From NCBI RefSeq assembly GCF_009914755.1, contig NC_060931.1: a stretch of 64,000 nt of DNA. One strand, written 5' to 3'. Positions 18,306 to 35,790 of the stretch are shown in pieces. Source of the stretch: the human T2T-CHM13v2.0 reference genome, Homo sapiens. The position numbers and the translations under genes were made by a program. The notes under the pieces were generated by a model. The model did not search any database. It saw nothing but the letters and a program-made list of their open reading frames with translations, and had not been told where the DNA came from. How positions within the stretch are numbered: the stretch's first letter is position 1; each line of letters begins with the position of its first letter.

Positions 18306-19360
18306 AAAAAATCAAGAATGTTGGTGTGTTCCAAGATAGCCAAATAGGAACAGCTCCGGTCTGCAGTTCCCAATGTGATCATTGCAGAAGATGGGTGATT
18401 TCTGCATTTCCAACTGAGGTACCTGCCTCATGTCATTGGGACTGGTTGGACAGTGGGTGCAGCCCACAGAGGGTGAGCCGAAGCAGGGCAGGGCATTGCC
18501 TCACCAGGGAAGCGCAAGGGGTCGGGGGATTTTCCTTTCCTAGCCAAGGGAAGCCATGACAGACTATACCTGGAAAAATGGGACATTCCCGCCTAAATAC
18601 TGTGCTTTTCCAACAGTCTTAGCAAACAGCACAGCAGGAGATTATATCCCATGACTGGCTTGGAGGGTCCCACGCCCACAGAGCCTTGCTCACTGCTAGC
18701 ACAGCAGTCTGAGATCAACCTGCGAGGCAGCAGCCTGGCAGGGGGAGGGACGTCCGCCATTGCTGAGGCTTGAGTAGGTAAACAAAGCAGCTGGGGAAGC
18801 TTGAACTGGGCAGAGTCCACCGCAGCTCAGCAAGGCCTGCTTTCTCTGTTGACTCCACCTCTGGGGGCAGGGCATAGCTGAACAAAAGGCAGCAGAAACT
18901 TCTGTAGACTTAAACCTCCCTGTCTGACAGCTGTGAAGAGAGCAGTGGTTCTCCCAGCACAGCGTTTGAGCTCTGAGAACTGACAGACTGCTTCCTCAAG
19001 TGGGTCCCTGAGCCCTGTGTGGCTTAACTGGGAGACACCTCCCAGTAGGGGCCGACTGACACCTCGTACAGGCAGGTGCCCCTCTGGGACAAAGCTACCG
19101 GAGGAAGGATCAGGCAGCAATATTTGCTGTTCTGCAATATTTCCTGTTCTGCAGCCTCTGCTGGTGATACCTAGGCAAACAAGGTCTGGAGTGGACCTCC
19201 AGCAAACTCCAACAGACCTGCAGCTGAGGGACCTGACTGTTAGAAGGAAAACTAACAAACAGAAAGGAATAGCATCAACATCAAGAAAAAGGACATCCAC
19301 ACCAGAACCCCATCTGTAGGTCACCAACATCAAAGACCAAAGGTAGATAAAACCACAAAA

Positions 19361-20379
19361 ATGGAGAGAAACCTGAAAAGCTGAAAATTCTAAATAACAG
19401 AGCGCCTCTTCTCCTCCAAAGGATCGCAGCTCCTTGCCAGCAATGGAACAAAGCTGGATAGAGAATGACTTTGATGAGATGACAGATAGGCTTCAGAAGG
19501 TCAGTAATAACAAACTTCTCTGAGCTAAAGGAGGATGTTCGAATTCATCGCAAGGAAGCTAAAAACCTTGAAAAAAGATTAGACAAATGGCTAACTAGAA
19601 TAAACAGTGTAGAGAAGAGCTTAAATGACATAATGGAGCTGAAAACCATGGCACGAGAACTACGTGAAGCATGCACAAGCTTCAGTAGCCGATTTGATCA
19701 AGTGGAAGAAAGGGTATCAGTGATTGAAGATCAAATTAATGAAATAAAGTGAGAAGAAAAGTTTAGAGGGAAAAGAGTAAAAGGAAACAAACAAAGCCTC
19801 CAAGAAATATGGGACTATGTGAAAAGACCAAATCTACATTTGATTGGCGTACCTGAAAGTGACAGGGAGAATGGAACCACATTGGAAAACACTCTTCAGG
19901 ATATCATCTAGGAGAACTTCCCCAACCTAGCAAAGCAGGCCAACATTCAAATTCAGGAAATACAGAGAACACCACAAAGATAATCCTTGGGAAGAGCAAC
20001 CCCAAGAAACATAATTGTCAGATTCACCAAGGTTGAAATGAAGGAAAAAATGTTGAGGGCAGCCAAAGAGAAAGGTCAGGTTACCCACAAAGGGAAGCCC
20101 ATCAGACTAACAGTGGATCTCTCGGCAGAAACTCTACAGGCCAGAAGAGAGTGGGGGACTATATTCAACATTCTTAAAGAAAAGAATTTTCAACCCAGAA
20201 TTTCATATCTTGCCAAACTAAGCTTTATCAGTCAAGGAGAAATAAAATCCTTTACAGAAAAGCAAATGCTGAGAGATTTTGTCACCACCAGGCCTGCCTT
20301 ACAAGAGCTCCTGAAGAAAGCACGAAACACGGAAAGGAACAACCAGTACCAGCCACTGCAAAAACATGCCAAATTGTAA
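19361..20379 (+). pseudogene. L1 ORF1p remnant
   Basis: RATPRNIIVRFTKVEMKEKMLRAAKEKG...QPLQKHAKL*; internal stops and frameshifts. Confidence 0.9.
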
Positions 20380-20442
20380 AGACCATTGATGCTATGAAGA
20401 AACTGCATCAACTAACTGGCAAAATAACCAGATAACATCATA

Positions 20443-24270
<3,828 letters not shown>

Positions 24271-25339
24271 ACAATGAGAACATTTGGACACAGTGCAGGG
24301 AACATCACACACCAGGGCCTATCATGAGGTGTGGGGCTGGGGGAGGGATAGCATTAGGAGAAATACCTAATGTAAATGACGAGTTAATGGGCACAGCAAA
24401 CCAACATGGCACATGTATACCTATGCAACAAACCTGCACATTGTGCACATGTACCCTAGAACTTAAAGTATAGTAATAAAAAAAAATTCACCAAACACCA
24501 CAAAAAAAATCAAGAATGTCAAAGAAAATTTCCACGTCCCCCGAAATCCAAATAAATAGTTAGACAAAGCAGGGAGTTAAACCAGACTATGGCCCCAATT
24601 GGCAAAGCTGTCCCAAGGACGACAGGGGGAATAAAGCTGGCATGGTGCTCTGTAAGAGCTCTGAGCTTGCAGTCAGAGACATGAGCACAAATCTCAGCAC
24701 TGCCACTTCCTAGCTCCTTGACCTACCTACAAAACCTCCTGAGCAACAGTCTTTGTATTTGTAAAATGTGGATAATTGTATCTAAAACCCAAGGCTAATG
24801 TGAGGATCAAATGATACATATAAATATAGAAGTGTCTAAAAACTGGACACCCTACAGTATGAATTACTCAAATAAATGTGGATTACTAACAAAAAAAATT
24901 GGGGAGAACAGAAAGTACTCAACAATCCCCAAATCCTCTCTCCTCCCTACTTCAAAGGAAGTATAACAGAGTCCCCAAATGGGAATATAATCTCCTTTGG
25001 TCAAACTTCTAGAATGGGCATGCGGAAAACCAGAGCTATATACATCATCAGTGGGACTGACTATGCAGACACCACAGAAGGTGCATGAAGTGGCCTTTGG
25101 CAGAGACTGGTGTTGTTCCCCAATTTTCATTCTTTCTTCCTTTATTTCTTGTAATAGGTCCCTCGGAAAAAAAACTGGGCATATAGCTTCTTGGAATGGA
25201 GACTAGATTTCCCAGCCTCCTTTGGCGACTTAATTCTAAGCAATAAGATTTAAGAGGAAATAGTGTGTGTGTGTCCTGGGAACATCCTTTAAGAGAGAGA
25301 TGCCCTTTGCCCCCATGATCTCTTTTGACGCTTGGAGTG

Positions 25340-25880
25340 CAGGTGTGATAGCAGCAGTATAATGAATGCTTATAATTTTATTTGTCTCAGCATTAATTTT
25401 CAATATTAACTGGACTTTCCCATACCAGCAACAGAGCTCAGTTACCCTCGATACAGTTTCCAGTTCTATACTTGATCCCAGTTCTCCTGTGTGGCCAATC
25501 CAGATAGCTGCCTTATACAACTGCCTCCTGGTGACCAGCTCACTATGGGTCAACTGGATACACCCTGTTCCACTGGCCCTGCTGACGCCCACACCCTGTA
25601 TCGACTGTGCAGACATGCTGCAGTGACCACCTCTGCATGCTCCTGGAACTCAGGCCTGCTTGCTCTAAATCCACCAACTAAAACTCCCTGTGGGAAACCT
25701 ATTTAAATAATGCCCTGGACCCAATAAAGGGATCCTTTTCTCTCTGTCTCTGCCTGTGCTGCCTGACCTCCAGGCATGCCATATAGCCCCCAGGGTCTGC
25801 AAGTACTAAAATCTCTTAAATTGTCACATTGTGGTTGTTTCATTGAAGCCATGCCTGAAATCTGACCCCTATGGCAAGGC
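25340..25880 (+). mobile_element. ERVL-type LTR (MER73/MER74-like)
   Basis: LTR-like layout with cccaataaagg at about 25720. Confidence 0.45.
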
Positions 25881-26020
25881 TTCCCCAAAGGGACCCATGC
25901 AGGTGGATGTCCTGCTGCTCTTTTGTCCAGACCTCTGTTAGCTGCTGTGGACAGTAGCTACCAGCCAAGCTGATGGAAAAAAACTGTTTTGAATGAAGAG
26001 TTTCACTTAAAACACGGACC

Positions 26021-26555
<535 letters not shown>

Positions 26556-27452
26556 TTAGGAATAGTATCCATTCATTGAAGAGCAACAGGACAGAGTGTG
26601 ACCTATGCACAACATACTAATCCTGGGCTGCCTGCCTAGATGTTGATGTGTGAAAAAAGCTTGGGTTCGTTTACATATTCTGGCACTCGCTGCCAGACAT
26701 AACTCTAATTAATAAATTTTCACCTCAAAAAGAATCATCCTATATGTGCATGCACTTAGCAACAGAGCTTCCAAGTACATGGAACAACTGTGGATAGAAC
26801 TGAAAGGAGAAGTTGTCAAATCCACAGTTATAGCTGGAGACACAACATTCCTCGCTCAGTAATAGATAGAATGAGTGGACAGAAATTAGCAAGGATATAG
26901 AAGAGCCGAACCACATCATCAACAACTGGATCTCATTACCTTTATAATACAATCCACAACAATATCAGAATACACATTCTTTTCAAGTGCTCATGGAACA
27001 TTCACCAAGATAGACCATATCTTCGGTGTATCCCTTAACCATAATGCACTATAAATCAACAAATGAAAAGTAATGGGAAAATCTCCAAACACTTGAAAAC
27101 TAAACAACATATTTCTAAATCACTCATGGATCAAAGAAATCTCAAGGGAATTAGAAAATATGTTGAACAGAACAAAAATGAAATTTTTTCCTAACAAAAT
27201 TTGTAGAATACAGCTAAAGAAGTGCTTAGAGGTAAATTCATAGCATTAAGTACTTGTATGAGAGAAGAATAAGAAAGTTCTTAGCTTAAGAAACTAAAAA
27301 AAGAGCAAAATAAACTCAAAATTGACTCAAAGCAAAATAGAAGAAAGAAAATTATAAAGAAGATAAATTGATTAAACAGAAAAATTAGGGAAATCAATGA
27401 AACTAAATGCAGGTTTGTTGAAAAGATTGATACACCTCTAGTAAGAGTGTCA

Positions 27453-27785
<333 letters not shown>

Positions 27786-28610
27786 AAACTACACAAATTA
27801 CCAATATCCAGAATGAAATGGGGGGATATCACTACAAGCCCCACATACACTAAAAGAATAATATGGGAATATTATGAACAACTCTATATGTGGAAGGTCA
27901 ACCACTTAGATGAAATAAACTCATTCCTCAAAACCCATGAAATACCAACTTATCCAATATGAATTAGCTGACATGAATGGTGCTACATCTATTAAAGAAA
28001 TTGAATTTATAGCGAAAAATCTTCTGAAAAAGAAATCTCCTGGCCTGGATGGTTTTACTGGATAATTTTACCAAATAGTTAAAGAAGAAATAACACTAAT
28101 TCTACATAATCTCTTCCAGAAAATAGAAGAGGAGAACTTCCAAACTTATTTTATGGGCTCAACATCACCCTGAGACCAAAATCAGACAGTAAAAATAAGA
28201 AAAACTACAGGCCATCCCCCATGAAAAGTATAAAGAAAAAAGACCACATGATCGTATCAATTGATGCAGAAAAATCATTTGACAAAATTCAGCATCAAAA
28301 TATGACTTTTTTAAAAAAGTCTCAGTAAACTAGACATAGACAGAAACTTCCTCAAGTTGATAAACAGCATCTACCAAAATCCTGCAGTCGACATTATACT
28401 TAATGGTGAAAAACAGAATGCTTTGTCCCTAAGATAGAGAAAAAGAAAAAAATGAGTCCTCCCACCACTTCCAATCAATATTATACTGGAAGTCCTAGCC
28501 AGTACAGTAAGGCAAGAAATGAAAAAGGCATATAGATTAAACAGGGAAAAGAAAAACTGTCCCTATTTTAGGTGACAATAATTGCCTATACAAAAAATCC
28601 CAAGGAATTT

Positions 28611-28611
<1 letters not shown>

Positions 28612-28646
<35 letters not shown>
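28612..28646. repeat. (CA)n microsatellite
   Basis: About 17 CA units. Confidence 0.95.
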
Positions 28647-28649
<3 letters not shown>

Positions 28650-31600
28650 GCCCTGTGGCTAATAAGTGACTTTATCAAAGTCACAGGATACAAGTCAACA
28701 CACAAAAAACAACTGTACTTAAATATATTCACAATGTACAATTGGTGAGCAACATTAAAATATATTTACCACTGCTCCAAAAAATTAAATACTTAGATGT
28801 AAGTCTAACAAAATATTACTGGATCTGTATGATGAAAACGACAAAATGTTAAGGACAGGTATCAAATAAGACCTTACTAAATGAGATACATACTGTGTTC
28901 ATGGGTTGGGAGACTAAACATAGTAAAGATGTCAATTCTCCCCAAAGTTTTCTATAAATTTAGCACAATTCAAACCAAAATCCCAGCAGAAATTTTATGT
29001 ATATATAAATATACATATAAACATATAGAGAAAGAGATAGAAAGAGAGAGAGGGGGGAGCTGATTTTGAAATGAATATGAAAAAGCAAATAAACCACAAC
29101 AGCTGAAACAATCTTGAAGACAAAGAATAAAATTGGATGTTTTAGGAGTTGCTATAAAGCTACAGCAATCAACACATTGTGGTACTGGTGGAGAGAGACA
29201 CACATCCATCAGTAGAACAGGGTAGAAAGAAAGTCTTGAAATAGTCACACAAACATGGCCAAGTGATTTTTGATAAAGGTACCAAAGCAATTCAATGGAG
29301 AAAGGATAGTCTTTTCAACTAATGTGAACAGGGGTTGACTCCAGCTCAGAGCTGGAAAACCCGTTTCCCAAATTGTGTGTCCTGGAGTTGATAAGGAAAG
29401 ACAACAACACTAATGGTGTTGGAACAACTGGACATCTATATGCAAAAAATTAACCTTGACGTCAATCTCACAGCTTACAGAAAAATTAACATAGAAGGCA
29501 TAATAGACCTAAATGTAGAAAATGAATCCATAAAACTTGTAGAAGAAAACACAGGAAAAATATCTTCCTGACCTGAGGTTAGGCAAAAAGTTCTCAGACA
29601 TGACACTAAAATACAGTTCACAAAACAAAAAAAGTGATAAATTTGACTTCATCAAAATTAATAATTGTTGGTCTACAAAATACTTTATTAAAAGACAAAC
29701 TATATGCAAGGAAAAAAAATTTGCAAACCATATATATCTGGTTAAGAACTTAACCAGAATATATAAAGAACTCTCAAAACTCAACAGAAAGCAAGAAACC
29801 CAAGTTTTAGAAATGAGCAAGACTTAGACACTTCCCCGAAGAAGATACTCGGATGACAAATAACTACATGAAAAAATGATCAACACCACTAGGCATTAAG
29901 TAAATACAAATTAAAACCATGATCAGATGCCACTACACACAAATTAGAGCAGGTCAAATAGAAAACACAGACAATACCAGATGTTGGCCAGAATGCAAAA
30001 TGGTACAGTCACTCTAGAAAATGCTTTGGCAGCTTCTTCCAAATTTAACCCTACATCTTATGACTCAGTGATCACACTCCATGATATTTACCCCAAAAAA
30101 TTAAAGCTCATGTTTACACAAAAATCTGTATGTGAATGTTTATAGCAGCTCCATTTATAATTACCAAAAAACTGGAAGCAACACAAATGTCCTTGCATGG
30201 GTGAATGGATAAACTGTAGGAACATCCATACACTGGAATACTACTAGCAATAAAAGGAATAAACTATTGATACACACAATCACATGAATGATGTGGGGGT
30301 TGGGGGTGTTTCTGGGGCAATGAGCTATTCCTTGATTTGGTGATACATTAAGTTTGTTTTATAATTATTCACACAACTATATATGCTTAATGTTCATTTG
30401 TATGTATATTTTATAATTAAAAAGAAAACTGAAGAACCCAAAATTCTGTCAAAGTCAAATATCTTTAGACAAATCTTGAGGACAAAGGGAATGGAAATTC
30501 CATCAAAGTGGTGCAGTGACCTGAGTAGGAGTTTACAGATTATAATCTTAACATCATTATGCTGAGGTAAAGAGGCCAGTCCCCAAAGGTTACGTACTGC
30601 ATGATTCCACTGATATGATACTCTCAAAATGGAAAAATTATAGTGATGGAAAACAACTCAATGGTTCCCTGTGGTTAGGGCTGGGAAGAGCATGTGACTG
30701 AAAAAGGGACCGCCCAAGGAAGATTTGTGGGGTGACAATACTGTTCTTTATCCTGATCATGGTGTTGGTTACATGAATCTGTACATATGTTAAAATTCAC
30801 AAATTGTACACAGAAAAAATGATGAGTTTTGCTATAATAATAATTGATAATGATAAGAATCTAAAATAATAATGAGTTTGAGATGAATTTGCCTGTCTCT
30901 ATCTCAACGTCCCAAAGTTATCTCCAGATGGGAATATTCATTTTCCCCATCAAAACAGGAACTTCAAGCCTGTGGTTTAGATGTGTTTTCAAATACACAA
31001 ATTGCTTTTGAATTTTTATTTTGAATGAAAGGTTGCGGTGGCACGACATCTGATTTCCTACAGAAGAGAAAACCCGAGACATGGGACTTTCCGAGGCAGT
31101 TTGGGAGGGGGCAGGGTGGCTGCAGGGAGAGAAGCTGGGAAGCTGGGAGAAGGCCTGAGAAGTGGGGTGGAGGGGAGCTGCTTTCCCAGACTCTGACCCT
31201 CCAGACACGAGACACAAAGGAGGTTGCCAGATTCTGAGAGTAAAAGACCATTTTCCAGCAGAAGGAAAAACTGGGTTGACATTCATTTATCTGAGTGAAG
31301 AATGGTAAGAATTTACATCCAACCTAACCATTAAAGGACTGATTTAGAAGCACTTAGAAGAAAAATTCATACCTTCTTTAGCCTGAGAAAGTAATTTACC
31401 AGGTCTTTATTTCAGTTTTACTCTGCCAATGTTTCTTAGGACCTTAATGATTAACAAGTTCAAAAACAGAATTAGAACAAGATTAATTTTAAATTCAAAA
31501 GCCTGGTTCCGTATCACAAGCCAGCTAGATGTGATTAATTCTGCCGCCTAGGGGCTACAAAAAGTTTTCCCCAGGGAAAGAAATAGAAAAGAAAACATTA

Positions 31601-32329
31601 ACTCTTTCATGAAATTATGTGAAAAATATTAATTCATTAATTGAACAAATGTGTATTAATATCTCTCATGTGGCAGGCACTGTCAGCACTGGAAAGGGAA
31701 CTGTGAACAGGTTGGACAGTCCCCTGCCTCCCCCAACCCACAGTGACGTTGAGGAGTGAGGGCCAAAAAGCCATGACATTTTCCAGTCTTCGTCTGGCGC
31801 GCCCCAGGCTACCTGCTCTGCTCCAGCCAACTAGTCAGAATCACACCATTACATCCCCCAGGCCCCAGAGTTACAGGGCAGGCAGGGTTTTTCCTACTGT
31901 TTCACTGTCTTCAGCCAGTTTCTCCTTGTCCCACCTCATCGGCTAGGACACACAATTCAGCAAACAGGATTTCCAGTTCTGAGCTGGAGCCAACCCCCGT
32001 CACAGCCCACCCTAGCTGAACATCCACCGTGATGCTGGCCTACTCCTGCCCCAACCCTGGCCCAGTGAGATGCAGGGCTGCCAATTCATTAGGAAGACCC
32101 TCTGCACTTGAAAGAACAGTGTGGAAACAATCTACAGGAAAGGATCTTCTTGAAAACATGAGTGCTACCCTACAAAGAGCCCAGGAGTGGCCTCTCCTCC
32201 CTCCCCCACCCAGTCAAGGCTAGGGGCACAGAGAAACCTGCCTCCTCCCCAGCAGAGGCAATGTGACCCAGGGCCCAAAGTAGAATGCCCTGAGAATGCA
32301 GCCCCAGTCCCCCAGCACAATCTGGTCAC

Positions 32330-33475
32330 CTTTAGCCTCAAAGACAAGGATTTCTCAAACAAGACATAAAAAGCACCAGCCATAAAGAAAAGGACTGATA
32401 AGTCCAAATCCACTAATGTTAAAACTTTCTGATTCTCAAAAAACGAAGGAAGGAAATGAAAAGATAAGCCACATAATCTGATAAAATATTAGTCAACACA
32501 TAAATAACAAAGGACCAATTCCAGAAGGTGTTAAATTGAATCATATGAAACTGCCATTTTTTGTAAGTCAAAAATGGTCAAGTGTCAGCAATTTCACATG
32601 AAGAATTCTTAAAAATCATTAAGGCGGACAACCCAACAGAAAAAATTGCCAAAGATCTGACACTGTACATAAGAGGAAGCCCAAATGGCCAATAAATAGT
32701 GGAAATGTGTTCAACCTCATCAATAAACCAGGTAGTCAAATTAAAACCTCAATAAGATAACATGAACTAAATCCACAATATTCCACAAAAATTAAAGTCT
32801 GGCAATACCAAGTGTTGGTTAGGATGTGGAGCAATGGGAACTCTTGTACACTGCTGGCAGAAATGTAAACTGGTACAACCACTTTGAAAAACAGGCATGA
32901 ACTAGCAAAGTTGAAATATATGACTTATGACTCCACCATTGCATTTCAAGGTATACACCCAGATACACGAATTACCAAGGTCATGTGTGCAGAAAGGATT
33001 ATAAATACATTGTTCATAATATCCCCAAACTAGAAACAAGACTAATATCCATCATCATTAGAATGAATACACCCATTGTTGCAAATTCCTAGAGTAGAAA
33101 ATTACACACTAATGAACAACCTACAACTACATAAAATTAAGAAAAATAAATAAGACAAAAAAATTATCTTTGGTAAGACCCTGTTTATAGAAAGTTCAAA
33201 ACAGACGAAACCAACTTATATCCTTCAGGAATGCCTACAAAAAAGGAAAAAAATCTAGAGAAAAGCAAAAAAGTAATTTGCACAAGAGTTATTATATGGC
33301 TCATTTCTGGAGAGAGGGAGAAAGGGAGGGGTTGTTATTAGGGGACTGGGGTTGCTTCTGGGGCAATGAGCTATTCTTTGATTTGGTGATACATTAAGTT
33401 TGTTTTATAATTACTCACACAACTACATATGCTTAATGTTCATTTGTATGTATATTTTATAATTAAAAAGAAAAC
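32330..33475 (+). mobile_element. Old L1M (ME/MD-like) 3' portion
   Basis: ggcaataccaagtgttgg...gtaaactggtacaaccactttgaaaa; ends in aattaaaaagaaaa. Confidence 0.7.
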
Positions 33476-33838
33476 TGAAGAACCCAAAATTCTGTCAAAG
33501 CCAAATATCTTTAGACAAATCTTGAGGACAAAGGGAATGGAAATTCCATCAAAGTGGTGCAGTGACCTGAGTAGGAGTTTACAGATTATAATCTGACATG
33601 AAAATCAGAAATTATATGAACCAAATCTAAGAGGGACAGCTAAATGGCCACCGCCTTTAAGTAACAATGTCCCTCTTTTAGACTCTAAATAGGATTCAAG
33701 GGATCCCAGTAGTGTCACATAGATGTAGACACATCCCAACAGTATTCTCTAGTTAAGAAGTTCAGCAAGATGGAAACTCATTTCCCAAAATCAAGAACCA
33801 CAACTTACAAAGAGAAATTATATGCTGAGCAGCACTTT

Positions 33839-34492
33839 TGAGGCAGGAGATGGTAGAGAGGGAACCAGAGACTGGATACAGGAAGAATGAGTGAGAGCAT
33901 GAGAGCAGAAGCAAGGTGAAGGGGCGAGTGAGCAAGAAGTGAGATATGAAGCAGAGGCTGAGCAGCCAAAACAAAAGTGAGATTTTAAAAAAGTGAGTAA
34001 GGAGCCCACATGGCCGCCTAGATCTGGACCAAACCTGTCAGGGGCAGCTCCTCAGAGATGAGCATGCACGTTAGACAGAAAACATATCCTTAAAATGTTC
34101 CCGTATGGTAATTAGCTACTTAAGGTTCATGCATATGGACTGCATATTATGCACGTACTTAAAATTATGGGATGGAGGTGACTCGCAAGAAGTCACAAGC
34201 GCACACGGGCCATAGTATTAAATAACTAAGCAGCCCACCTGTCCATCAAAAGGCAGACACTGGCTAGACATCAGGCAGTCTTGGCCACAGAAGAGAAAAA
34301 ATATATAAAAGAATTCAAAGTACACCAAATTGACGTTGATCTCATTTCGCAGAGGTCAGTCCACTCTCCCCTCTCTGGGAGTGTAATACTATGCGTCATA
34401 CACTTTTGCTGCTTTGCTATCTGTGTGTATCTCGTCCAATTCTTCGGTCAGGACACTAAGAGCCTGGAGCTGCACAGCACCATCTGGTAACA
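33839..34492 (+). mobile_element. ERV1 solo LTR (MER50-like)
   Basis: TGAGG...TAACA ends, 4-bp TSD CTTT on both sides, TATATAAAA at 34302-34310. Confidence 0.8.
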
Positions 34493-34550
34493 CTTTCAAG
34501 AAGAACAAAATAAAACCAACATCAGGGATGCCGCTAGTTGCAGAAATGTT

Positions 34551-34979
34551 TGCGAAAGTTGATCAAATGAATTGGGTCATTTTTGTCATACCCAACTAAA
34601 ACAAAGTCAAAAAGCCAGGGGGAAAAGCACTCAGGAAAGATAGCATTGCTCCAAGAATGTAATTCTCCGCATGTCTAACTGCTGAAACCAACTGTTGTAA
34701 CCTGAGACCAGTTTTATCTACCCTGCTGAGATAACTTGCTGCAACTCTAGGACTAATTTTGCCCAATGCCATTGCCCACCAGTTGGAACTTGCCAGCTCC
34801 CTAGAACCTTATTAGTGCCAATGAACTTTCTCAAAGAGCAATGGGTAACATTCGGTAAAACCTCCAGCCTTCTCTTTGTTCTTACGGTGTGCATGTGTGT
34901 CCCAAGTGGCAATCCTTTCTTCCCAAATAAACGGTTAAATTTAGAGCTCAGTCTCTACTTTTTTATTTTGACTTCAACA
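34551..34979 (+). mobile_element. Solo LTR (LTR47-like)
   Basis: Colinear with 6642-7082; AATAAA near 34926. Confidence 0.7.
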
Positions 34980-35284
34980 ACTTGAAGCCAGAAACAGTAG
35001 GAAATGCAGTAAAGGAAGCTGAGAGTATGAACGCCCATGCCACAGCTGAATTAATAAAGGACCACCGGGTTTGGAGGCCGGGCAACAGATGAGAGGAACT
35101 TTAGAAAGGTGGTGCTATCCCCAGTGAGCTTGAGGAACACATGTCTGTCCCTGCCATGTAGAGGAAGATAGTACCTGGCATTTTACCTGGCCACAGCACA
35201 CACACATTAAATATTTGCTGAGTGAATCCCAAACCAGGAGTGTTTCCAAACTCCCCAAAGCTGCGCTACTGGGACACGAGGTGG

Positions 35285-35790
35285 TGCTGTGCGCATTCAT
35301 GGGGTGGGGAGGCGGGGCTTAGCACATAGCTCCCTCATCATTGGCTGTTAGAGAGTGAGCGGCAGGCAGGTTGTCCATTGGATACCAAGATATGGCGGCC
35401 CCCTGACTGGGAAGACATGACCTTACACACCTTGGTTCTTTAACTTGACCTTGGGAAGACAGGGCCAGCCAGCAAGGTGGCTGGGGAGAAGGCCGAGGTC
35501 CCCGGGCCGCAGACGGGAATTGAGGGTCAGGAGCCGAAGTGGAACTGGAGCCGGCGCCACGAGATGCAGCCCTGAAGGGCACCTCCACCCAGTGGCCCTC
35601 CCCCACCCCACTCCCGGGGCCCTCCTGGCCCAGCGTCACCCTGCTGCGCTAGGACCTACAAGGGCGGCCTCTGGGAGCCCTCTGCTTTACCTCCTCTCCT
35701 GGGTCAGGCTGCAGAAAGAACAAGCTCCTCCACCCTGCCTGGTGGGCATGGAATGAGGGCAAGTGTTGGTAGCCATGGTAACTCGGGGTA
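35285..35790. promoter_or_regulatory. Orphan GC-rich promoter-like element (GC box, two ATTGG, YY1-like, RFX X-box)
   Basis: GGGGAGGCGGGGC 35306-35318, ATTGG 35340 and 35377, ATGGCGGC 35392-35399, GTAGCCATGGTAAC 35769-35782; local CpG enrichment. Confidence 0.6.

Noticed and set aside
18827-19333. 168-aa antisense ORF in the L1 5' UTR
   Set aside because: Generic frame found in L1PA copies; no locus-specific evidence of a gene.
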